This document shows, piece by piece, positions 25,324-37,460 of a stretch of 64,000 nt of DNA. The position numbers and the translations under genes are program-made. Under the pieces are notes generated by a model. It saw only the letters and a program-made list of their open reading frames with translations, did no database searches and was not told the DNA's origin. Numbering within the stretch: the stretch's first letter is position 1; the number at the start of each line of letters is the position of its first letter. The DNA comes from Octopus sinensis (taxonomy: Eukaryota): assembly GCF_006345805.1 (NCBI RefSeq), contig NC_043000.1:31930001-31994000 (forward strand). The letters are read 5' to 3'.

Positions 25324-25567
25324 ACGGTAAGGTTTACGAAAATTAACAAAAGACGAAGGCAGGTGGAGTACAAACAAACAAGTGTATTAGTATGGCGCTC
25401 AGGAATAGAAATAGAACAAGTCTTTTACGTTTCGAGCCTACGCTCTTCGACAGAAAGATACACAGAAAAAAAAACAAGGAGAGAAAAAATGCGTGTAGGA
25501 GCTAACGATCTATCATGGTGTTCTCCACCTGCCTTCGTCTTTTGTTTATTTTCGTAAACCTTCCCGT

Positions 25568-25571
<4 letters not shown>
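25319..25571 (-). mobile_element. pLTR-like element with ~49-bp inverted ends and a CUGUCGA-core hammerhead motif (25421-25458)
   Basis: 25319-25367 is inverted at 25523-25571. Minus strand reads TCTTT CTGTCGA A GAGC gtag GCTC GAAA CG TA AAAGA. The element sits in (TA)n. Confidence 0.7.
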
Positions 25572-25615
<44 letters not shown>

Positions 25616-25621
25616 ATATAT

Positions 25622-25683
<62 letters not shown>

Positions 25684-26456
25684 TACATACGTATATATAT
25701 GCATATATATGCATATGTATACGCATATATACATATATATATATATATATATCGTTGAATCTAACGAAAGATCATTTGTTTCGTTCGAAAATTTCATTCT
25801 CTCCCTTCCTCTCTATCTCTCTCTCTCTCTCTCTCTCCCCTCTAACCATGCAACCAAGCACACTGATGCTTACATTTATATATATATATATATATATATA
25901 CAACAAACACACGTACACACACTCACACACACACACGCACGCACGCGCACGCACACACACGCACGCACGCGCACACACACATTTGTGTGTGTGTATATGT
26001 ATGTATTCATGAATGTCACAATTCCAACAGAAGATCAAGACTGCAATAATTAATAACGAAATGACAAACTAAGTTCCCATATCGAAATATTAATAATTAC
26101 AGAATTAACACATATCTTAGAAATATTTTTTTTAAAAACTGCTGTGGCATAATTAACACAGACAATATTTCATGCAATAATCTAACAAAGACAACAACGT
26201 CTTTGTTATTCTGAACATGTGTGTGTAATATTATGTGTGGTGTGTATGGGACGAATGTGATTGTACGTGTGTGTATTTGAAAACATCTTTGTCGTGATGT
26301 GTACGTGGCGAATTTAATGTGTGGCTTTACGTTTATGTATATGAAAACGTTTTCTCTCATAGTTCGTATGTGAATGAGGAGAATCACTGTGTCGTATAGG
26401 TAAGCAAAACAGTAATTGTCTACGAAACTGAGGAAGAAAGAGTCAGTAAATATATA

Positions 26457-26688
26457 TTTCTTTATTGCCCACAAAGGGGCTAAACATAGAGGGGACAAAC
26501 AAAGACAGACAAAGGGATTAAGTCGATTACATCAACCCCAGTGCGTAACTGGTACTTTATTTATCGACCCCGAAAGGATGAAAGGCAAAGTCGACCTCGG
26601 CGAAATTTGAACTTAGAACGTGAAGACAGACGAAATACGGCTACGTATTTCGCCCGGCGTGCTAACGATTCTGCCAGCTTGCCGCCTT
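26457..26688 (-). mobile_element. SINE family A monomer
   Basis: Reverse complement of the family A consensus seen at 16551. Confidence 0.9.
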
Positions 26689-26829
26689 GGAGTGTCCGTA
26701 AATATAAACTTACAGATATACTAGAAAAGGGGAAAAAACAAAAGTGTAGCACGTGGATGATCTGTTGTAACTGTAGCTATTCTCCTATTGGCTAACAGGA
26801 ATAGCTTCCTCTTCGTTCGTGTTAGTTAA

Positions 26830-27270
26830 CCGGGGATCTTTTCGCTTTGACCGGCAGATTTTTTTAAAATAATTTCTTTGTAACTAAACACTTTTAAACT
26901 TCGTATCCTGGTAGAATGTGTTACATAAAACATCTTTTTCTCTTGGCTTTCTTGAGAAATTCTGTAGTTTATAAGCTATTTGTTGTTTAATTCCATGCAT
27001 TTCGGCAATTTCAACCAATCAATGACGATAATTGTTGTTGACAAAGATCTGGAGATATTGTATTCACCTCAATAGACGTCATTGGTTGGTTGAAATTGCC
27101 GAAATGCAAGAAATTAAACAACAAATAGCTTACAAACTACAGAATTTTCTCAAGAAAGCCAAGAGAAAAAGATGTTTTATAAACACATTCAACCAGTATA
27201 CGAAGTTTAAAAGTGTTTAGTTACAAAGAAATTATTTTAAAAAATCTGCCGGTCAAAGCGAAAAAATCCG
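26830..27270. mobile_element. Fold-back MITE, ~198-bp inverted arms, flanked by TTAA
   Basis: 26830-27027 is an imperfect inverted copy of 27077-27270; ttaa at 26826-26829 and 27271-27274. Confidence 0.8.
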
Positions 27271-27758
27271 TTAACCGGTTGTGACTGGTGAAATTACAGC
27301 CTGATGGTCATATGGTTTTCAGTAGAGATTTCTTTGAGCTTTCTCTCAAAGATTATCCAATGAAATATATTCTGAAATACGCTGAAGTAGAGGACTGCTG
27401 AGCTCTCCGCTACACATACACGCGCGCGCACAAACTACAAACGTATAACTAGTTTCTATTTGACTTAAATACCAGTTTGCTACCAATCTCTTTGTGGGCA
27501 GCAGGATGGAGCGGTACTTGTCCTCTGAGAAATAGTCAACGAGCCAAAAAGACGATCGGACATCCTTTGTTTTGCTGTTTTCTGAGAGAGTAACAAAATC
27601 TATTTAGATCTGTTAACAGGTTCAAGATGTCGTTTCGCAGTTTGCACCTTATGCTTTTCACCATACACTGTGACGTGCAGAAATAATAATATATGTATGT
27701 GTGTGTAGAGGAATTAACTTATGTTACTGATAGTTTCTCAGAGTATCTCTCTCTCACG

Positions 27759-28140
27759 TGGAGGCGCAATGGCCCAGTGGTTAGGGCAGCGGACACGCGG
27801 TCGTAGGATCGCGGTTTCGATTCCCAGACCGGGCGTTGTGAGTGTTTATTGAGCGAAAACACCTAAAGCTCCGCGAGGCTCCGGCAGGGGATGGTAGTGA
27901 TCCCTGCTGTACTCTTTCACCACAACTTTCTCTCACTCTTACTTCCTGTTTCTGTTGTACCTGTATTTCAAAGGACCGGCCTTGTCACTCTCTGTGTCAC
28001 GCTGAATATCCCCGAGAACTACGTTAAGGGTACACGTGTCTGTGGAGTGCTCAGCCACTTACACGTTAATTTCACGAGCAGGCTGTTCCGTTGATCGGAT
28101 CAACCGGAACCCTCGTCGTCGTAACCGACGGAGTGCTTCC
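27759..28140 (+). mobile_element. tRNA-derived SINE family D, full length
   Basis: A box tggcccagtgg and B box ggtttcgattcc; tail ...aaccctcgtcgtcgtaaccgacggagtgc. Confidence 0.88.
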
Positions 28141-28147
28141 CCCTCCT

Positions 28148-28181
<34 letters not shown>

Positions 28182-28489
28182 GTACACACAGTAGGTCTCT
28201 GAAAAAGTTTTCAAGCGGCTTCACCAATTCGTTCCTATAGATCCATCAGCTTGTGTATTTGAGAAGTGTTGCGGTTTTAACCATATCTGGTGCAAATGAT
28301 TGCAGCCATGTAAGGCAGGACTGAGCTATTTTGGATCTGTTAGTAGAATTTTTTTTTTAATTAACTCAACATTTATGATATTGAACGCTTCTCCCTTTGT
28401 CATGTGAAACGTAAAATATGTGGGTATATATGATATATATGTGTGTATGTATGTATATACATAGGTACGTATCTATCCATCTCTCCCTA

Positions 28490-29091
<602 letters not shown>

Positions 29092-29640
29092 AATATGCAT
29101 ATATGCATACATGCATTTATACGTACGTATGTTTGGAAGCAACATTCTAAACCACATAGCTATGTCTACACTAACAAACAAAATATTTAGTATACTTTTG
29201 TGTTTGAACAGAAAAAAAAGCGTTGCTGGTTGAAAAACCGGGAAGAAATGATGTCGAGCAGCGAACTTCTAAAGTCATGCTTCAGTTCTTTATTTTTAAT
29301 GGGAGGAGGCACATTTATTTCACATTGACATATAGTGGGGGGGGGCGTCACGGTGATTTGAAATGTGTGTGTGTGTGTGTGCGCGCGCGCATGTGTGTGT
29401 GTGTGTGCGTGTGTGTGTGCGTGTGTGTGTGTGTCTGTTTGTCTGTCTGTGTAATGAAAAATGGAAACATCAATAACATCGATAACTTTGAAAACGTCCT
29501 CAATAACGTTCAAACACCAAAAGAGAAAGGGAGTAGGGGCAAGAAGTAAGGGTGAGAGAGAGGGAGACGTGTGTGTCTGTCTGTCTGTCTGTGTATTTAT
29601 ATTATCTGATAATCTTTGTTTCCATCGTGCACCTGTATGA

Positions 29641-29675
<35 letters not shown>

Positions 29676-29678
<3 letters not shown>

Positions 29679-29880
29679 GTCGCCATGATAGATCGTTAGC
29701 CACTACACACATTTTTTTCTCTCCTTGTTTCTCTCCTTGTTTTTTCTGTGTTCCTTTCTGTAGAAAAGCATAGGCTCGAAACGTAAAAGACATTTTCTAT
29801 TCCTGGGCGTTATACTAATACATCTGTTTGCTTTGTACACCACCTGTCTTCGTATTTTGTTTTTTCGTAAACTCTCCCTA
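29676..29880 (+). mobile_element. Second copy of the 25319 pLTR family with a decayed hammerhead (29753-29790)
   Basis: CCTTT CTGTAGA A AAGC atag GCTC GAAA CG TA AAAGA; flanks match the reverse complement of 25360-25520; (TA)n on both sides. Confidence 0.7.
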
Positions 29881-30531
29881 TATATATATATATATGAATG
29901 TATGCTTAAGTATATATCTATATATTTATGTATCTATATGCATATATGTACGTATAAATATATATCTATATGTTCCTATATATTTAATGGTTGTGGGTGG
30001 AGGGTTGTCGTGTGACGCCATGTGCAACGCGAGTCGAAATAGAACCGTGTTATAGTTTGCCATTCTCTAATGTTTTCAAATTGTAGAAGAATTTCTAAAC
30101 AAATTCCAGACCATTAGACAACAGTTACAGCAAGAATTGCTACAACAATATTTCATCATTTCTCTCCGCTATTCACATCGTCTTCTATGCTTGTTACACT
30201 TTTATGGAGTTGTTTTTATAGACGTAGCTGTTGTTGTTGTTGTTGTTGTGTGGTGGTGGTGGTGGTGGTGGTGGAAGTGGTGGTACGCATTTTATAAAGT
30301 AAGTTGATATGCAATGCACACACACACACACACTCACATACACACACATTTATATACACGCTTTTATTTGTATGTATGAGTATATATATATGTGTGTATG
30401 TATGTATGTATATGCGTGTGTGTGAGTGCGCGTGTGCGCGCGCGCGCGTGTGTGTGTGTGTATATATGTATATGTAGGTAAATAGGTATACATACATATG
30501 TACAGGTGCATGTATATGTATACATAATTAC

Positions 30532-30569
<38 letters not shown>

Positions 30570-30953
30570 TCAATTTAGGGTAGCAAAAAATTCAGTAAAA
30601 ATTTATCGCTACCAGCGGCCTAATGGAAAAGAGAAAATAGTCAAAGACTAAATATGTATAAATATAACAATTTAGGAATGGCCTAAACAGGCCATTCGTT
30701 TTCTCACTTTTTGCTGCTTTCGTTGCTGCTGCTGTTGCTCTTGCTGCACTAACTGCAGTTGTTATTGCTGGATTTGTTTCTGTTAGTCTTAGTAGTGTGT
30801 AGGAGGGTGTGGGATGTGATGCATTTTCATTTTGCCCTTTGTTTTCTGGCGTTCTATTTTCGGTAACGTTTTGATCTTTGAATTCAAAGATAAAAGCTTC
30901 ACTGTGTAGTTTGACGGACTAAAATATTTTTTGAGGAAGCAAAAATGTAAGCG

Positions 30954-31026
<73 letters not shown>

Positions 31027-31468
31027 AGAGCGATATGATGCGTAACAACTAGTGCAACACCGAGATACAAAAGAATTGATGTCCGTATAAGTTGTCTCTA
31101 CAATCTATTGTTGTATCCATCACACAACATCTGTGTTTATCACACAATAGATTAGACATATCATACAGCAACTACGCTTATCATACAATACATTATACAT
31201 CACCCTTACAACACTGCCACAAGACTAGTATATCGACACTAAGCCAACACACACATGTTTATCACCAGATAATCTATTCATTTTTATAAACATTTCTAGA
31301 TAATCTATTTGTTGCCAATGTATGTAAATGGGGTTAGATTATCCACACTCTGACGCACATCTTTATTTTTATGTACGAAACTACCCTTCAACAGCTTCTC
31401 TTGCTGTTGGTCATAGTGTGGGGCATTTGTCGTCTATACGTATAAATACATACATACATATATATATA

Positions 31469-31558
<90 letters not shown>

Positions 31559-31561
<3 letters not shown>

Positions 31562-31779
31562 AAATGAAGAAAATGCTGACAAAATAATTTAAGTAAGGGA
31601 GAGTGTATTTAATTAGGTGAAAGTTCTTTTTACCGGTTGCGCATTTGTTATGCTTATCAAAAGATATTTTTTAAGAGAGATAGAGTTCCTTTCTGATAGA
31701 TTTTTTTCTCTTATCTTTCACCTAATTAAATACTCTCTCCCTTACTTAAATTATTTTGTCAGCATTTTCTTCATTTCCT
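31559..31779. mobile_element. pLTR-like unit with ~65-bp inverted arms
   Basis: 31559-31623 is inverted at 31715-31779. The centre has a degenerate minus-strand hammerhead (TTGATAA GCAT aacaa ATGC GCAAC cg GTA). Confidence 0.6.
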
Positions 31780-31954
31780 TTTTTTATATATCACAACTCG
31801 TGTTCCACATCTACTTTTTTAAAATATATATATATACATGCATACATGCATACATACATACATACATACATACATACATACATACATACATACATACATA
31901 GAGAGAGAGAGAGAGAGAGAAAAGAGGGTGGAGTTTGAAGTGATGTATAGACAT

Positions 31955-32620
31955 TGTATATTTTGAATAATAAAGTAGTCATAATTTTGAATGATAATAT
32001 ATATATTTTTTTACATCTTATTTACATTTTTTAGCGCTTTCTTCTGTTATCGGGTTTGTCAAAAGATGGTTCAAATTTAGATTTCTTTGCCTTTCCAGAA
32101 ATAATTTGGGGGGTTTTTGCCAAGCAAGGGAGAAGAAAGAAAAAAATTTTTTTTAAGAAGGTGGGGGAGGTAAAGAGGCGTGGCTTTTGTTTAGTACTTA
32201 GTGGCCTTTTAAGGTGGAAGAGGAAAAAGTAGAGAAAGCAAAAAGAACTTTTGTATTTGAATTGGTCAAGGTTTTAATTGAGAAACCAGATGTTGTTTTT
32301 GAATTTCTTCGGTAAAAATTATAATTGCATTTCCAGGACTTGCTCTTTTGTGTTCATTAAAGAATAGAAGAATGGATGTGGTCAACTTTTTTTTATTGAA
32401 ATTCTAGATGTTTTCAAAAGAGTGATTTTTGTGTTCACTATACGCCCACATAGCAATTATATATATACATACACATATACACACATACACACACATAATT
32501 TAATCCACTTTTTGATAAATCCGATAACGGAAGAAAGCGCTAAAAATGTAAATAAGGTGTAAATAAATAAAAAAATATATGTAATCATCCAACATTCTGA
32601 CTACGTTATTATTATTCTAT
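31955..32620. mobile_element. Probable Penelope-like remnant with ~115-bp inverted ends
   Basis: 31957-32068 is inverted at 32495-32620. The interior is decayed and not confidently translatable. Confidence 0.45.
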
Positions 32621-33351
32621 ATATACATATATACGCTTCAACAGTTTCTGCCAGCTCGCCGCCTTATTGATAGATAAATATTCTTTAAATGTAGGTTAAC
32701 AAAGCAACTAATGGCTTCATGTGAAGAGATCTTCACAATTGTTCAAGAGTGTCACGTGGAATCCACAAGGTACTCGCCACATGATTCAAATGTGCCACAT
32801 GGTACTCGTCTCCATTTTGGTTAGGATTACATGCGGTTACGCAGCACAACACACACACATGCACACACACACACACGCACACATACACACACGCACACAC
32901 AAACACACTCACACTGACATACACATAATATTCCCGTTATATTTACTCTTGTTTTATGAATTTGTAGTGCAGTCTATTTTTTAAATGTCTCATTTCCGTG
33001 GTTCTACTACAACAGGGCACTGCACTACTGCTACTACTCTATCCACTATCACTATCACTACCACCACATCACTACTACTATTGGGAAATGTGACCGTGTC
33101 ATTGCGCGGAATGACTCCAGTGCCACCAATGAAGGTTTCGTCTTCACCGTCGACTATGAAAGACAAGTCAGCAAGACTGATGACTTTCTTCTTCAAATTA
33201 TCGACAAAAGCTGAGAACTGCCGGGAGTGGGACACGTTTGAAATGAATATAAAATGAGTCATGTACCTCAATAACAAAACACTCAATGGCACCACCACTA
33301 CTATTACTAACACTACAGCTGAATATAGCTTGACAACAATACGTTTTATTA

Positions 33352-33750
33352 CTCTTTTACTTGCTTCAGTCATTTGACTGTGGCCATACTGGAGCACCGC
33401 TTTTAGTCGAGCAAATCGATCCCAGGACTTATTCTTTGTCAGCCTAGTACTTATTATATCGGTCTATTTTGCCGAACCGCTATGTTACGGGGACGTAAAT
33501 ACACCAGCATCGATTATCAAGCGATGTTGGGGGGACAAACACAGACACACAAACACATACACACATATACATATACATATATTTACATATACAACGGGCT
33601 TCTTCCAGTTTCCGTCTACCAAATCCACTCACAAGGCTTTGGTCGGCCCGAGGCTATAGTAGAAGTCACTTGCCCAAAGTGCCACGCAGTGGGACTGAAC
33701 CTAGAACCATGTGGTTGGTAAGCAAGCTACTTGCCATACAGCCACTCCTT
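33352..33750 (-). mobile_element. SINE B head + C tail
   Basis: Collinear with 2120-2545. Confidence 0.85.
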
Positions 33751-34898
33751 AGTGTTTATATTAGGACAGTTGTACATAGCAAGAAAATGATACAATGGAA
33801 TCTAATCCATTGCAAGATCACTTAAGTATAAATATTTACTCGGAGTTCATTTTCTAGGAAAGCCTTTGAAACAGCTCCGTCTTTCTTAGATCAAAGTTTT
33901 AAATTCTACAATGGTGAACGGATCCGACAACGAACTATCAGGAAGCCACTAAAAGTCACTGAATTTATGTGAATAAACAGTAATGCATTATAACACCATA
34001 GTCTTAGAAGGCAGTTGTACTTAAAGACTGACCGAGAGAAATATCCAGAAATCCCTGTTGTGTGTAAACTATATAGTGGAGTAAATGCTAATATAATGTA
34101 TGTTCCAAGACATTTCATATTAATTAAAATTACAGTCAGATTAATTAGAAATAACCATTATTTCCATGATAATTATAGCTAAGAAAGGTGTAGGGGGCAA
34201 CACCTTAATAAAGTTGACTGAAAATAGAACACATTGAGAGAGGGGTGTGAGTTTGTGCTTTAATAGTTTGTACGTATAATCCCTTCCTGTTCAAAATGGT
34301 AAACAGTGACAAAGAAATGTTTTTTTCTAAACTGTAATGATACAAACGAAAGATGAAGTCAACTTTTACGTATCTTAGACTCTGTGTCCTTTCTATGTTC
34401 CTTCCTACAACATCCCATCCCCCATTATTATCGAAATATACCCATACACTGATATCTTTGAAACCCCGCCAGAAATGACTTTTTACTTGTCTTAAATCCT
34501 CAATTCAATATCGAGAAGATTCGAAAGAGAGAGAATTTCTTACTGTTCTGCGTATTTTCCCTTTCTTTCTGAGCAATGGATCTAAATAAAGATTGATTAG
34601 GGAAAATAACAATAATAATGAAAACGGTTGGAATAAAAAGAAAAGTAGAAGAAATAATAGCAATTTTGTAGAGAAATATTGATTTCGTACGTAAGCAGCA
34701 GAGTTATTGTGGAGCGTGGAAATGTGGCTGCGAGACATTCAAAACATTCCTAATTATATCAGTGACGTAGATATGGCGAAACAATAACATATCTATTTAC
34801 TCTTAATACGTTCGGACGTGACTCCCTGATTGCTGTTGTTTTTCCCCATCAAAACATTCTCTGCCCCTAAATGATGTGCGTTCATTGACATAAGAAGA

Positions 34899-34949
34899 CT
34901 TTGAGACATGGCGATGTTTCGACCTTATTGTGTGTCTCCTCGGTCAAAA
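34899..34949 (-). ncRNA. Type I hammerhead ribozyme, CCGAGGA core, GUC cleavage triplet
   Basis: TTTTGA CCGAGGA GAC acacaataag GTC GAAA CAT cgcc ATG TC TCAAAG. All three stems pair. Confidence 0.75.
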
Positions 34950-35197
34950 CTATCCCCAATCAATGAATCTAAACGGATGTTTACGCTCTTGTTTATAGAA
35001 ATTAGCAAACAAGTTATTTACTGATGTGGGCTGAAGTTTACTAAGCTGAAAATAATTGGTTGCATGCAGATCAGCAAGAATCCAAACAACGACGGATCAA
35101 TTCATTCTTAAAATATCCTGGCAGATTTGAACATGTATTTCTGATCGCTGTTGCTCACCTCTCTTTAGACACTCTCTATTCATACGCGATATATCGG

Positions 35198-35566
35198 TGT
35201 AAAGGCACTTTAGGACAACTATATTAAAAATGAATAAAGAGGGAATTACAACCGTGTTTCGTGGTCTGCTACCAAAACAGCTCCTTTATATGATCCAGTT
35301 AGCTCAAGACATCATCAGGAGGAATCACGTCCGGTTTCGGCCCCTACTCCTCTACCGTTTTGACGTGGAGGAGCCCCCCTTTCAGAGGTGTCTTCAGCTC
35401 TGGTGTTGGGTGCATGTCTTCTTTCTTCTTCTTTCTTCTGTTCCCTGGCCTCTTCGATGTGTCGTCAGCGAGTGTCAGCCGGTGACTGACTGACTTGTTA
35501 ATTTTTTCCCTATAAATACCTGCCGCTAGGCTCCAGCAGGCAGCCCCGGCAAGTTGTCACGTGACA
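35198..35566 (-). mobile_element. pLTR-like repeat with two CTGA(A/T)GA..CGAAAC units
   Basis: 35243-35430 is an inverted homolog of 49800-49990; tataaata at 35511-35518; palindrome tgtcacgtgaca at 35555-35566. Confidence 0.55.
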
Positions 35567-36056
35567 CTGTCTCACCTTAACTGACTAGTGAAGGCGGGTA
35601 GTTTTAGCCCACGCATTCTCTAAACGACCGTCACCTGTTTGGATTCTTATCGTTCTGCTTGCACTCCATCAATTATTTTCAGTTTGGCAGACATCAGCAC
35701 GCATCAGCGGGTAATTTGTTTACTGATATGTATAAACAAGATGCCCGGAATCTTGTTAGAGTCAACAGTCCGGTGGAGTAGCTCTCACTGAGGGACACAT
35801 AATAGAATTGAAGCTCCACGGTCTCACAAAGCCAACTAATACATCGTTAATTAGCAGTTCGATAAATAAAGTTCGAAAAAAGGGATGAGCTCGATAAAGT
35901 ACAGGATTTGATATGATACTTGATGACTGTGCCCCAGCATGACCACACTTAATGACTGAAACAAGTTTAAGGATATTCACGGACACTTATCGAAAGAATA
36001 TCAGATACTGTATTAGAAACAGATTGACATATAGACAGACAGACAGACAGACAGAC

Positions 36057-36120
<64 letters not shown>

Positions 36121-36121
<1 letters not shown>

Positions 36122-37215
36122 TGTTTCTTTATTAGCCACACAGGGCTGCACACAGATAGAACAAATTACAAGGTAGAGCTTTTCTTTTGAAGGTTTAAAA
36201 AAAAAAAAAAAAAAGGAAGGGGGAGTTTCGATCAAAAGGGATCGTAAAAGGAGAGAAAGAGGACAAAAAAAGGGGGGTTAAAAAAAAAAAAAAAGGGGGA
36301 GAGGAAAAAAAATTGATCAATAGGGATCGTTATCACAGAAATGTCAATATGAAGTGTAAAGGGGAGGACAGGTGAGGTTTACCCGTGGAAAGAGAAGCCT
36401 ACGGAAAAGACCACGGTAACCTCGGTCAATGAAGTCACATTTTATATTTCTTTTTTTTTTTTTTTTTTTTTTTTGCAAATAAGCAACTCTCTGTTTTCGA
36501 TTTCTGGGTTCATAGGACTATGCTCAAGGTGGCTTCGTCATTCATACGTGCCATTCTTGCTACATTCACCCATCTTTTTTTAAAACATTCGCTAGACAAA
36601 ACTTGCCTCTCTACTCTCACTTTCCTTTTCAAGTGGTACTTGAAGAAGTTGATGAGAGATTGACCAGAGAGGAAAGTGTTTGTCTCCAATCCTTTCAGAC
36701 GCGTCCACCAGATACATTCTTTCGCCATAGCCACAAGGATGATGAAAATAGCTCTTCCTTCCCGTTTGAAGGAAGGAGGCGTGACAATATTGACGATAGA
36801 CTCAGCTGATAAACCGACTCGTCCCACACGTGACAGCAGTTGTTCGACATAAGCCCACAGGTCGGAAATTGTTGGACACTGAACGAGTGCGTGCAGAACG
36901 GTTTCGTCGCTCTGACCGCATCTCGGGCAGGTCGGCCCCGTGTTTCTCGAGCCGTGTCTGTAGAGCTTATCCCGAACGGGTAGCGCTTCTCGGTAGCACT
37001 GCCAGGCCAGGGATCTCTGGAAGTTGTCCATGGGCCCTGGCCCGAAAGTCGTCCCGAACAGGCGGGTCAGGTACTCCTCGTCGACGTCCAGGTTCGCCCC
37101 GAGCTCGTCGTCGTACCTCCCCTCCACTAAACCCCTATAGAATGCTTTGGTTGTGTTGAAGTCACTTAAGGTCGACCCAGGACGGCAGAGTTGCTTGAGA
37201 GCAACGCGACACTCG
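36121..37215 (-). mobile_element. Tx1/L1-clade LINE, 5'-truncated, young
   Basis: 248-aa open frame 36510-37256 with WQCYREALPVRDKLYRHG..CPRCGQSDETVLHALVQC (zf-RVT-like). The 3' UTR has AATAAA, then (TATC)n. Confidence 0.85.
36510..37215 (-). CDS. Tx1/L1 ORF2 C-terminal fragment (RT-associated zinc finger)
   Basis: CxxC..H..C motif after an LPVRDKL motif. The N-terminal ~14 aa of the listed ORF probably come from flanking DNA. Confidence 0.75.
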
Positions 37216-37261
37216 CGAGAGATTAGCAAATATATAATTCCTTCCAATTTTGACACATGGC

Positions 37262-37460
37262 TAGCAATATTGAAAAGTGGGGGTGTAGTCGATTATATTG
37301 ACCCTAGTACTTGACTGGTACGTTATTTTATCGATTCCGAAAGAATGAAAGGCATGGTTGATCTGAGTGGAATTTGAACTCAAGAGATAAAGAGCCGGAA
37401 AAAAATGTCATTATTATTACCCGACGCCCAAACCATTCTGCTATCTCACCAACATTAAAC
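37262..37460 (-). mobile_element. Old SINE A-related copy
   Basis: Reverse-complement core tttatcgattccgaaagaatgaaaggc..gaatttgaactc. Confidence 0.6.

Noticed and set aside
27759-27835. tRNA genes (also 21415, 60700, 13374, 2470-2545)
   Set aside because: A/B boxes are present, but each runs into a SINE body or is truncated, with no clean cloverleaf.
28250-28320. Plus-strand 69-bp exon-like segment (tcctatag..gtaagg)
   Set aside because: The peptide is uninformative, and ggtgcaaatgattgc resembles a decayed mariner terminus; insufficient support either way.
35673-35716. 28-nt microexon (ttttcag..gtaatt)
   Set aside because: The length is not a multiple of three, and such splice-like pairs are frequent by chance.
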